A stretch of 64,000 nt of DNA. It comes from Chloroflexota bacterium. GTDB lineage: Bacteria; Chloroflexota; Dehalococcoidia; JACQUO01. A model generated the notes under the pieces. It was given only the letters and a program-made list of their open reading frames with translations. It did not search any database and was not told the origin of the DNA. The stretch is from the NCBI GenBank assembly GCA_016210205.1, contig JACQUO010000029.1:11197-75196 (forward strand). The letters are read 5' to 3'. Shown piece after piece: positions 24,312-33,136 of this stretch; positions within the stretch are counted from its first letter, which is position 1; the number at the start of each line of letters is the position of its first letter. The position numbers and the translations under genes are program-made.

Positions 24312-25289
24312 CTAGTTCTGTGGGGCCATGCCCATTAGACAGCCTATCGTTCGCAGTGTCACCAGCAACTCGTCGGAGCACCAGCCCGGCTCAGGCCCAA
24401 CGATACTGAGCACCCCATGCACGCGGTGGTCCCTCAGGATAGGAACAGCCACAAAGCAAGGAGCATGTATCTCACGGAGGAGCAGCCCCAGGGGGGTAGC
24501 ATCCGGGGGAAAATCCCCGGTTTTCACCACATGCCCCTGGGTCGCCACCAACGCCAGTGGCCCCTCCCGGTCATAGAGGAGATTGACCCCCTGCATCTGC
24601 TCCGGAGTCAGGCCGAGATAGGCGGCCAGGAACAAAGCACCAGCGTCAGCATGGTAGAGATACATCATCCCTTGCTTAGCCTTCAGAGCGGGCAGGACCA
24701 CCTCCAGGACGAGATTGGTGATAGTAGCCATGTCCCGGTGCTGGCTCACTGCCTCCACTACCCTGCCCAAGGCGGAGAAGTATTCCGTTTGTCGTTCCAA
24801 CGAGGTCGCGTGCGCCCCTAGGGCTTGGTGGGCCGACATCAACTCGCCGAAGGCCAGCGTCCGCTGGTGCATGGCCTGCTCATAGGACCGGGCCAGGGCG
24901 CTGATTATCAGGCCCAGGCCCAGAACGCCCATTAAGGCCAGCATGGAGATTAGGTTCGTGTGAAAGAGAACCTGGGAAAGGGCTTGGAGCCCCACCACGG
25001 CTACGGTGGTCGCCAAGCCATATCGCCAGCCCAAGACAAAGGCGGCGTAAGTGGGAGGCAGCAGGCTGAGCACCCAGTGGACCGGGTGATAGGCGTCACC
25101 GAAGAAGGGGGGGGAGACAACCCAGGAGCCGGGAAAGAGCTCATGGGCCTCGTGGGCGAAGAAACCCAGAAGGATGAGGACGACCAGGGCCCACAAATGA
25201 AAGTTTACCCAGGGCTGCCTCACAGCCTGCACCTTTCCGCCCAATGCAGTAGATATCCCGGTTGCCATAGAAAGCCTCCTCTTCACCAT
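24312..25289 (-). CDS. Membrane protein with a cytoplasmic GAF domain (no recognisable output domain)
   Basis: 325 aa with about four N-terminal TM helices, a coiled linker and a GAF-like C-terminus (...MMYLYHADAGALFLAAYLG...FVAVPILRDHRVHGVLSIV). Confidence 0.75.
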   Translation of the reverse strand: MVKRRLSMATGISTALGGKVQAVRQPWVNFHLWALVVLILLGFFAHEAHELFPGSWVVSPPFFGDAYHPVHWVLSLLPPTYAAFVLGWRYGLATTVAVVGLQALSQVLFHTNLISMLALMGVLGLGLIISALARSYEQAMHQRTLAFGELMSAHQALGAHATSLERQTEYFSALGRVVEAVSQHRDMATITNLVLEVVLPALKAKQGMMYLYHADAGALFLAAYLGLTPEQMQGVNLLYDREGPLALVATQGHVVKTGDFPPDATPLGLLLREIHAPCFVAVPILRDHRVHGVLSIVGPEPGWCSDELLVTLRTIGCLMGMAPQN

Positions 25290-25459
25290 TCTTAAGAGAG
25301 GTGGACGAGGGAGGTGTTCATGCCGATTCCCGTAATCTCTCCCCGGCCCGCAAGCGTGCTCCGCCCGGGAACAGACTTCTGGCTGCGCTGCGGGGTCTTA
25401 TCATGGAACGGCGGGCTGGGACTAAAGTGTGAAAGGCCCGCTTGGGCAGCGGCAAATTG

Positions 25460-26047
25460 TCAATCCACATCAGGCTGGATGATGGAGCTGGGCGATGCCA
25501 ACCCCATCCGTCGCTTCCTCCTGGGCTCTGAAACTCGCCTGGCTATTTCGCTCAACACCAGCCCAAGCAACATCAGGACGACTCCCAGGACCACCAAAAT
25601 GTCGCCCATACTGAAGACCCTTGGGAACGGAGAACGAAGGGAAAGGATGTCCGAAAGAAACCAGAGGCGTATTTGGGACTTCTCCAATAGCATAATCGTG
25701 GTCTGGGGGACGACATCTCCGGGCGCAAGCCCCGCTATCCGGTCGCCGAGCCCCGCGTTCATTACTGCCTCGGGAGTTGTGGGCATGAACCCACCATTGG
25801 CCAGAATGGCTGCCAAGTTCAGGATAATGCCAACGCCAAATATCAAAACAGCCGGGTTTCTGCGATTTATCGCCAGGAAGGCAAGGAGCAGCGCATAGGA
25901 AGCTACTAGGCCTGCTGGCCGCAGGTCTGCCCCCAGCACCGAGGTGACCAGGTAGCTGACCGTAACCTGGACGAACAAGGCTATGGGCGCGATAAACAGA
26001 TACCTGAGCTTCACCTGAGGGAAGTTGCTCACTATGGAATGCCTCAC
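25460..26047 (-). CDS. Polytopic membrane protein, DUF5317-like (recollection, unverified)
   Basis: 195 aa with five or six hydrophobic segments and the motif ANGGFMPTTPEAV. Confidence 0.6.
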   Translation of the reverse strand: MRHSIVSNFPQVKLRYLFIAPIALFVQVTVSYLVTSVLGADLRPAGLVASYALLLAFLAINRRNPAVLIFGVGIILNLAAILANGGFMPTTPEAVMNAGLGDRIAGLAPGDVVPQTTIMLLEKSQIRLWFLSDILSLRSPFPRVFSMGDILVVLGVVLMLLGLVLSEIARRVSEPRRKRRMGLASPSSIIQPDVD

Positions 26048-26466
26048 AGCGCTCCTTCACGCTTTTCCTCGTTCAGCGGGATTGGAGCCGCCTCACTAGA
26101 GCCATGCCTCTCCACATTTTCCGAAGGTAGCAGGAAGCACTGAGAAACCCCAGTGCTTCCTCCCCCTTCCGTCTCCCCGGCTCCTACGGGCCAATGTCGA
26201 AGCCATCGGCCTTGGCTGCCATCAGCAGCGCTGACAGGGTCAGCAAGACATAGAGAGCCGTAAAGTACTGGCTTCTCAGCCACCTCATGCCTATCACCCC
26301 CCTTCCGTAGGATGTTCACAAACTACAGGATAGAGGGGGTGGCTGACCAAATCCTCGCCATATCTGGACCTCCGCTAGCGTGAAGCTGGAGGCTCAGACA
26401 GATAACAAAAGATTAGCCCCCCTTCTGGAGGGAGGCTTTCAGCTAGCGCGAGGGATGACCGCCACT

Positions 26467-29400
26467 CTAGCTATGTTTCAAGGATACTTCCAGTATTTCG
26501 TTATAGAGTTGTGCTAGAGTGCTGGAAGGGGACAGCTGTGGGTCATCCTGAAAGAGCTCGCGGTAGCGCTGATACCATTTCAAAGCAGCCGTGGTATCCC
26601 CTATGCGAGTATAGGATTTCATGAGCTCCGCGTAGGTTTCTTCGCGGTAATTGTCTATTCCCACTATGCGTTCCAGGAAGCTTACACTCTTTGCGTAGTC
26701 GCCCCGAGCCGCGTAATAGCCACCCAAGTTGGCTAGCGCATTAATGTGGCGCTGCTCCAAGTTCTTGCGCAACGTTTCGCACCACTCGGAGTAGAATTCT
26801 TCCAGGAACGACCCTCGATAGAGGTTGACAGCTTTTTCTAACAGAGACGCCCTTTTTTCACTCCCGCGGTCCGTCTGGGAAGCCTGGCTGACCAGTTTCT
26901 CAAATTCCTCCGCATCAAACCAGACCTCTCCCTCGGGGCAAAGATAGTACCGCCCTCCTTCCTGCACCAGGCACCCGTCATATAAAGCTCTCCGTAGCCT
27001 GTAGGCCGTGGAATAGAGGGAGGAATGGCTTTGGGGCCCAGCGATATCGGGCCAAAGGGCTTCCAAGACCTGCTCCTTGGTGCCTTGCCGCCGGTGGCTG
27101 AGAAGATAGAAAAACAGCTCTCTGCTCTTCTTGCTCCGCCATTCGAGTTCACTGACTTTTCTGCCGTCCACCAGCACCAGAGACTGGCCCAAGCTGTAAG
27201 CGTCAACCTTGGGCAAAGCCTTTACTTTCTCATTCGGAGCCACCTCGGCAGCTTCTGAATAAGCTCCCTGCGGCTTTTGAACTTTCTGCCATATCTCAGA
27301 GAACCTCCCGTCTCCAACTCGTTTTGATGCTGCATAGCGAATCAGTGAGGGCATCCTGGCAGCATCAGCCACTAGGAAGGCATCATAGCCCACCCCATCG
27401 AGGATTGCCGCGACTTTTATGAGCTCTCGCAGGCACTGGGCAAAGCGCCGGTTCAGGAAAAAGGCATTCGCCAAATGCAGCCTGGCCCAGGCTTCCTTGC
27501 GCTTATTCTTGGAGCCACTGACCAGCGCGACAGACTTGTCAAGAAGCTGGAGAGACCTCTTTCGTTTTCCCTGCCAGCAGTAGAGGGCGCCCAGCCATCC
27601 CAGGTGCAGGCCCTGCTCGTATTTGCTTCCTTTCTCCTCCGCATGGCTGATGGCTTGCTTGATGAGAAGCTCTGCTTCGTCAAACTTGCCTTGGATGCCC
27701 TTGACTGTTCCGAGGCTGCAGGTCACATAGCCCACCAGTCGGGAGTCCATGACTTGTCTCGCTATCTCCAGGCTCTTCTGATAATTGGCTAGAGCCGCCT
27801 CACCATCTCCCATATCCCGGCGCACATCACCAATATTCCACAGCGCCCAGGCCTGAGAGCGCAGGTTGCCGCTCTTCTCGTCGGTATCCACGGCCTCCTT
27901 GAGTAGGGTGAGGGCTTTTACGTAGCTACCCAGCAAGTAGTGAAGATTGCCGAGATTATTGAGAGTCTGGCCCAGTTCACTCAGATTGCCCAGCTTCTGC
28001 CATCCAGCTCTAGACTGTTCCAGATAGCCCATGGCCTTGGGGAAATCCCCTAGCTCGGCGCAAGCCACACCCACGAATTCATTCAGCTTGGAAATGCTGC
28101 TGAGGTCGCCCAGCTTGGTAAAGGAATCCAGCGACTTTTTCCATTCCCTGGCGGCTTTCTCAAACTGTCCGTCTTCATACAAAATAGCTCCCAACTGCCG
28201 GCGGGCTTCCGCTACCAGGCGGAGATGGGAGTCATCGCCCTTTAGCCATTTGAGGGCCCTTTGCACATCCTTAAGGGCTGCCTTGGATTGTCCCGCCAAA
28301 CGCAGAGCGGAGGCCCGCACCAGGGACGCCTGAGCCATCCCAGAGGTTATTCCCTGGAGCTCAAACTCCCCTAACGCCTGAGCAGAAAGGCTGATGGCTT
28401 TGTCCATCTCTCCCAGGCGCATGGCGGCCTGGGCCCGCCAGACCAGCAGTTGGGGTTCCCTCGCGAGGTGCTCTGCGGGAATAACATCCGTCCACCGCGC
28501 CAGGCTCTCCCATCGCCCGGTAGCTGCCAGCTCTTCACCTGTGTGTAATAGAACCCTCAGATATTCCTTCCACCGTTGACACCTTTGGTAGTATTCAAAC
28601 GCCACTTCCCGGTTGCCCCTTTGCTCATAAAACAGGGCGGCTTTCACCATCAGGGACGTGTATTGGTCCTGGGCCTCCATCAGCTTTTTCTGTAGAAAGT
28701 CCTGAAAAAGCTGATGATACCGATAGGTTGAGCCGTCTTCTCCCAGGCGAGACACGAAAACATTCGCGCCCTCTATCTCTCTGAGAATTCGGGCGCTTCC
28801 CTTGGTGCCTAGCAGATAGTCGCAGACTTCCGGCTCGAGCTCAGAGAGAACACTGGTGCCCAGTAGAAACCTTCTCATCCGCTGGGTCTGCTTTAGAAAA
28901 ACCTCATTATTCAGGTAATCGAATAAGTGAGTGCTCTTCACTAGCTTCTGCGGGCCGGGCCGGCCGGTGCCAAGGGCAGAAATCATTAGCTGCAACGCAG
29001 TTACCCAACCCTCGCACTGGTCGTTGAGAAGCTGTGCGTCTTCCTCCCTCAGGGCCTGCCCATATCGCTCCGAGGAGAGCTCACTGGTTTCACCCACCGT
29101 AAACCGCAGGTCCTCGGTAGTGAGAACATAGGCCTGCTGTTGTGAGAGCATTTTGGCTACTGAAGGAAACGGCACGCCGGAGCGACTGGAAACTATCAGT
29201 TGACAGTTGTCGGGAAGCCGCTCGATGAGGTATTCCAGCAGGCTGTTGATAGTCGGGCTAGTTTCAACCTGGTGGTAGTCATCCAGCACCAGGGCAAAGT
29301 ACTCCGGAATGCAGCGGTGGATTTCAGCGGTGAGCAGTCTGACGAGCGCCGGCATTTCCTGCTTGAAATCGGCTACCAGGGCTATCCGCCCCCGAGTCTC

Positions 29401-29688
29401 ACTGCCGAACTGGGGGAATTTATGGGCTATGGCCTCGACCAGGGTTTCCAGAAACACCTTGGGGTCACTATCAAACCTGTCCAGGGTATACCAGCATATG
29501 GTTATATCTACATCCTGGGCAAAATCCGTGAGCAAGGTGGTCTTGCCATATCCGGCGCCGCCACTCACTATTTGAAGACGGCGGTCAATGTGTTGGTGCA
29601 GGACATCCAGAAGCCTCCGCCGGCGCACAGTTCCGGCAGGCCTCTTCGGAGCCACTATCTTGGTCAGGCAATCGAGCCTCAAGGTCAT
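26467..29688 (-). CDS. Large signal-transduction ATPase: P-loop NTPase (MalT/STAND-like) + TPR array + C-terminal SARP module (OmpR-type wHTH + BTAD)
   Basis: 1073 aa. It has Walker A GGAGYGKTT and Walker B-like LVLDDYH, with many TPR-like repeats in the middle. The C-terminus reads ...LVLVDGRKVSELEWRSKKSRELFFYLLSH..EQVLEALWPD...AYRLRRAL...WFDAEEFEKL, followed by BTAD helices. It is AT-richer than the core genes. Confidence 0.85.
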   Translation of the reverse strand: MTLRLDCLTKIVAPKRPAGTVRRRRLLDVLHQHIDRRLQIVSGGAGYGKTTLLTDFAQDVDITICWYTLDRFDSDPKVFLETLVEAIAHKFPQFGSETRGRIALVADFKQEMPALVRLLTAEIHRCIPEYFALVLDDYHQVETSPTINSLLEYLIERLPDNCQLIVSSRSGVPFPSVAKMLSQQQAYVLTTEDLRFTVGETSELSSERYGQALREEDAQLLNDQCEGWVTALQLMISALGTGRPGPQKLVKSTHLFDYLNNEVFLKQTQRMRRFLLGTSVLSELEPEVCDYLLGTKGSARILREIEGANVFVSRLGEDGSTYRYHQLFQDFLQKKLMEAQDQYTSLMVKAALFYEQRGNREVAFEYYQRCQRWKEYLRVLLHTGEELAATGRWESLARWTDVIPAEHLAREPQLLVWRAQAAMRLGEMDKAISLSAQALGEFELQGITSGMAQASLVRASALRLAGQSKAALKDVQRALKWLKGDDSHLRLVAEARRQLGAILYEDGQFEKAAREWKKSLDSFTKLGDLSSISKLNEFVGVACAELGDFPKAMGYLEQSRAGWQKLGNLSELGQTLNNLGNLHYLLGSYVKALTLLKEAVDTDEKSGNLRSQAWALWNIGDVRRDMGDGEAALANYQKSLEIARQVMDSRLVGYVTCSLGTVKGIQGKFDEAELLIKQAISHAEEKGSKYEQGLHLGWLGALYCWQGKRKRSLQLLDKSVALVSGSKNKRKEAWARLHLANAFFLNRRFAQCLRELIKVAAILDGVGYDAFLVADAARMPSLIRYAASKRVGDGRFSEIWQKVQKPQGAYSEAAEVAPNEKVKALPKVDAYSLGQSLVLVDGRKVSELEWRSKKSRELFFYLLSHRRQGTKEQVLEALWPDIAGPQSHSSLYSTAYRLRRALYDGCLVQEGGRYYLCPEGEVWFDAEEFEKLVSQASQTDRGSEKRASLLEKAVNLYRGSFLEEFYSEWCETLRKNLEQRHINALANLGGYYAARGDYAKSVSFLERIVGIDNYREETYAELMKSYTRIGDTTAALKWYQRYRELFQDDPQLSPSSTLAQLYNEILEVSLKHS

Positions 29689-29780
29689 GGCTAGCCCTCG
29701 TCGCTATTAGGTTAACCCCTGCAAGCTCTTTTGGCAAGAGCCACCGACCCAGGTCAAACAACGACTGCAGGAAGACCCCT

Positions 29781-29809
29781 TTGACAACATCAAGCCTTTT
29801 CCACATAAT
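29781..29809 (+). promoter_or_regulatory. Putative sigma70-type promoter reading into repeat element R5 and the DUF59 gene
   Basis: TTGACA (29781-29786) - 17 nt - CATAAT (29804-29809). Confidence 0.45.
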
Positions 29810-29814
29810 CCCTC

Positions 29815-30070
29815 TAGTGTGTCCCCTCAGGGTACGGGGATGCCATACGGGGGCGCCGGGGGCAAAGCCCGCCGCAGTCGGGTCTGGGGGTGTCCCCCAG
29901 TTATGCGAGACGGCCTCCGTTGGGAGGGTGCAGAGGACCGCGTTCCCTGCCGGGGTGCGGGGTGCCCCCACATACATTCTCTGCCCCCTCCCCTGCAGAG
30001 AGGGTGACACAGGAGGTGGGGCATGCCCCTCGGGAGAGGACAAGGGTAAGGTATCCTTGGGGTGACCCGA
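29815..30070 (-). repeat. GC-rich palindromic repeat element cluster (R5, core inverted relative to R1-R4)
   Basis: ggtctgggggtgtcccccag is the reverse complement of the ctgggggacacccccagacc core. It also contains ggggtgcggggtgccccc and ccccctcccctgcagagaggg modules. Confidence 0.55.
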
Positions 30071-30088
30071 CGCTAGAGGCGCCCCTAG

Positions 30089-30424
30089 ATGCGAAAACGG
30101 GAGGCTCAAGAGCCTATGGTGACCCCAGCCGCCATCCTGGAAGCCCTTAAGGGCTGCTACGACCCGGAGATACCCTTTAACATCGTTGACCTGGGCCTGG
30201 TCTACGACGTGGACATCGCCGCGGACAGGGTGAAAGTGACCATGACCCTCACCTCCCCCGGCTGCCCCCTCCATGCGGTCATCGCCCAAGAGGTGCGCCA
30301 AAAGCTGGAGCAGGTGGCGGGCGTGCGCCAGGCGGAGGTGAAAATCGTCTGGCAGCCCCCGTGGACGCCGGAGCGCATGTCCCCCGAGGCCCGCAGGAAG
30401 CTAGGCTGGTCGAAGGGAGCGTAG
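30089..30424 (+). CDS. DUF59 / MIP18-family Fe-S cluster assembly protein
   Basis: 111 aa. ILEALKGCYDPEIPFNIVDLGLVYDV...MTLTSPGCPL is typical of the family. The start could instead be the second Met (MVTPAA...). Confidence 0.8.
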   Translation: MRKREAQEPMVTPAAILEALKGCYDPEIPFNIVDLGLVYDVDIAADRVKVTMTLTSPGCPLHAVIAQEVRQKLEQVAGVRQAEVKIVWQPPWTPERMSPEARRKLGWSKGA

Positions 30425-31522
30425 CAGCATCGCCCCAAAGGCCAGGAGCGCCAACAGGGCTAGCGGGCCCGATAGCCCCACCAGCCAGGGGAGGCCGACT
30501 CCTCCCCAGGAGAGCAGCTGTCCCCCCACCCTCATCACCAAACTCAGAGTGAGCAAGGCCAAGGGGTAGTAGCCCAGCCCCTCCTCAGCCACCCGGCGCC
30601 CCGAGATGACGGGGGCGATGATGGGCGCATGGGCCATAATCATGGTGAGGACAAAACCGATGGCCAGAGCGTGGATGGCAGCATCGCTCAAGGAAGGGCT
30701 GCCTCTCCCCAAGACCAGGAGGGCCAGCCCGACGAACAGCCAGCCATAGGCCAGCAGGAGATGCCGGCCCAGATAGCGGTAAAGCCCGCCCTGTCCCACC
30801 CTGATTAAGGTCAGCTCCGCGGGGAGCAGAAGGGCCACCAGCCCCGCTATGAGGGCCGCCCATCCCACCACCAGATAGTCGCTGCCCCCGGGCAAAATCC
30901 CCACCAGGAGCAAGGCCGGGGCCACCACCGCCAGGGGCAGGCCCCACTGGGCCCGGCGACGCGCCTGAGGCGAAAGAAAGCGGCTGAGCTCCACCCGTTC
31001 CCCTAAAATGGTGAACAGGGGAAAGCCCAGTAGGAAAAGAGTGAAAGCCAGGTTGCCCCTGGGGGAGCGACTCAAGCTCAGGAGGGTTCCTCCCAGCAAA
31101 ACCAAGCCCCCCAGGGCCATGTAGTAAAAGGCCAGGGGCTGGGCGCTTTGTCTTCCCACCCCAAAAAGAATGTAGAGATAAAGCGCACTAGCTATGACAA
31201 GGGCCGCGCTGCCCCAAAGGTTCAAAGCCTCAATCCCCACCAGCCAGGATAGGGCCTTTAATATCGGCCCCACCGCCAACAAAAAGGGCATGAGGTTGAT
31301 GCTTCGATTCAGCCTGAAGCCCGCCGCCCCCAGATAACGCTCTACCAGGATGACGGGCGCCAGGAAACCAAATATCATCAACTCGCCGTGATGGGCCAGA
31401 GGAAAGTCGAGGGGAGTAGCGAGGAAAATTCCTTGCAGGGACAGAAGCCGCAGAACCCCCAATACTAGAGCCAGCAACAAAAGAACCAGGGCCACCGGCA
31501 GAGCCACCAGCTGATACCTCAT
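30401..31522 (-). CDS. NnrS-like polytopic membrane protein
   Basis: 373 aa from the ATG at 31522 (RBS GGAGGATGG), with about 12 TM helices. The His motifs AHHGELMIFGF and AIHALAIGFVLTMIMAH resemble NnrS. The ORF-track start at 31624 is probably too far upstream. Confidence 0.6.
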   Translation of the reverse strand: MRYQLVALPVALVLLLLALVLGVLRLLSLQGIFLATPLDFPLAHHGELMIFGFLAPVILVERYLGAAGFRLNRSINLMPFLLAVGPILKALSWLVGIEALNLWGSAALVIASALYLYILFGVGRQSAQPLAFYYMALGGLVLLGGTLLSLSRSPRGNLAFTLFLLGFPLFTILGERVELSRFLSPQARRRAQWGLPLAVVAPALLLVGILPGGSDYLVVGWAALIAGLVALLLPAELTLIRVGQGGLYRYLGRHLLLAYGWLFVGLALLVLGRGSPSLSDAAIHALAIGFVLTMIMAHAPIIAPVISGRRVAEEGLGYYPLALLTLSLVMRVGGQLLSWGGVGLPWLVGLSGPLALLALLAFGAMLLRSLRPA

Positions 31523-31637
31523 CAGCCATCCTCCAGGACAGACCTGACCCACCGAGCTTGGGGCGGGAACAGGTTTTTTCCCAAGCGCTACAAGGTTAAA
31601 CCATAAGACACCGGAGGACACCACCTAGAGAAAACCC

Positions 31638-31713
31638 CTGGTGGAGCTGGGGGGATTCGAACCCCCGACCTCCTCCTTGCAAAGGAGGCGCTCTCCCAGC
31701 TAAGCTACAGCCC
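31638..31713 (-). tRNA. tRNA-Ala (anticodon UGC), CCA encoded
   Basis: Minus-strand sequence: GGGGCTGTAGCTTAGCTGGGAGAGCGCCTCCTTTGCAAGGAGGAGGTCGGGGGTTCGAATCCCCCCAGCTCCACCA. It folds as a cloverleaf with a G3:U70 pair, the anticodon loop TTTGCAA and a GTTCGAATC T-loop. Confidence 0.92.
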
Positions 31714-31770
31714 CATGGTCGCCGTTATCTGGCCCTGTCCCCCAACCAATAGCCCAGTAGGACTGCCCTA

Positions 31771-32781
31771 CTACTTTTTGCCCCACTTGGCCAGGTACTT
31801 ACCCTGGACCGCCGGGTTCACCAGGCCCAGGGGCCACAGGCCCTGATAGACCCGCACGATTTCCTCGGCAGCATGGATTCCTATGTCCCTCATCGCCTCC
31901 ACCGACTGCACGGCGGTATGGGAGGTGAAAATGGCGTTCGGCAGCGAAAGCAGCGGATTGTCCGTCCGCGGCGGCTCCGGGTCGGTGACATCCAGGCCCG
32001 CGCCCCCCAGGTGGCCCGACTTCAGGGCCTCGTAGAGGGCCGCCTCATCCACCAGGCCCCCCCGGGCCGTGTTTATGAGATAGGCGCCCTTTTTCATCTT
32101 GGCGAACTGCTCCCGACCGAACAGGCCCCGGTTCTCCGGCGTGAGATTGGCATGGAGGGAGATAAAGTCCGACTGCGCCAGGAGCTCATCGAAGTCCACC
32201 CAGTCCACCTCGCTGGACAGCGGCACATCCCGCGTGATATACGGGTCATGGGTGATGACCCGCATGCCGAAGCCCTGGGCCTTGCGCGCCATGAGCCGGG
32301 AGATGCGCCCGAACCCCACCAGCCCCAGGGTCTGCCCCCAAAGCTTATGCACGCCCACCATATGAGGCCGGGCCGCCGCCATCCCGCCCTTGCCCGCCCG
32401 GGTGATTTCATTGACGGGCACGATGCGCCGGGCCAGGGCCAAAAGCAGGGCCATGGCGTGGTCCGAGACCTCGTTCATGCAGTAGTCAGGGTTGTTGGAG
32501 ACAATGACCCCGTGCTCCGTGGCTGCGGCCACATCCACCGTGTCGAACCCCACCACGGGCACCGCCACATGGCGCAGCTTGGGCAGGCTCTCGAAGAGCT
32601 TACGGGTATAGGGAGGGCTCACCCCAATAATGGCATCGGCCTCGCCACAGAGGGACACCATCTCCTCGGTGGTGGAGGCGGGCTTGACCTCAAAAGCGAT
32701 GCCGTGACGCGCCAGAATGTCACCATAGCGTCGGGGCGCCCCCGGCATCTCCGCCATGACCGACACAACCTTCCAGGACAT
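31771..32781 (-). CDS. D-isomer-specific 2-hydroxyacid dehydrogenase family protein
   Basis: 336 aa from the ATG at 32781 (RBS GGAAGAGGAGG). The NAD-binding site is GLVGFGRISRLMA, and the C-terminus ...LINTARGGLVDEAAL...DVTDPEP...HTA is typical of the family. Confidence 0.9.
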   Translation of the reverse strand: MSWKVVSVMAEMPGAPRRYGDILARHGIAFEVKPASTTEEMVSLCGEADAIIGVSPPYTRKLFESLPKLRHVAVPVVGFDTVDVAAATEHGVIVSNNPDYCMNEVSDHAMALLLALARRIVPVNEITRAGKGGMAAARPHMVGVHKLWGQTLGLVGFGRISRLMARKAQGFGMRVITHDPYITRDVPLSSEVDWVDFDELLAQSDFISLHANLTPENRGLFGREQFAKMKKGAYLINTARGGLVDEAALYEALKSGHLGGAGLDVTDPEPPRTDNPLLSLPNAIFTSHTAVQSVEAMRDIGIHAAEEIVRVYQGLWPLGLVNPAVQGKYLAKWGKK

Positions 32782-33136
32782 GAGCGACCTCCTCTTCCTA
32801 GCTCCCCCAAAAGAACTTACGCCGCTTTGGTTGACCCTTATCATCGCGGTCAGACGACAAGCTATTATACTGGCCAGGGGCTATGAGCGCAAAGATATTC
32901 GGAGAAGCCGCCCCAAAGTTGGAGCCAGGCAAATTCGAGTCCCGTTAAGGCCAGCCGGGCTGGGCAGAAGGCAGGGCGATGTGTTGCCGGTCTTGTATTA
33001 CAGGCGGTTTGGCTGGACTAAGGCAGGCGTTTGGGGTATATTTACACCCTAAAGAATAGGTGCTACCGCGATTCAGTGCCGCTTGTTTACACCTGTAAGA
33101 TAAGGCTTTGGCGTCGCGAGCGTCGCTATCCCTGGC

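Noticed and set aside
26044-26319. A 91-aa ORF upstream of the DUF5317-like gene.
   Set aside because: It has no convincing RBS, and its product is compositionally odd and lacks motifs. A short ORF in another frame has a much better start context. The 91-aa ORF is kept only as an alternative in the micro-ORF finding.
5845-30070. The possibility that the recurring GC-rich palindromic units form a CRISPR array.
   Set aside because: The copies are dispersed over tens of kb in separate intergenic regions. They are not regularly spaced with unique spacers, they vary in sequence and orientation, and no cas genes are present.
31638-31713. tRNA-Ala serving as an integration site for a genomic island.
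   Set aside because: I noticed no second copy of the tRNA 3' end nearby. The flanking genes (the NnrS-like protein and the 2-hydroxyacid dehydrogenase) have host-like composition, and there is no integrase.
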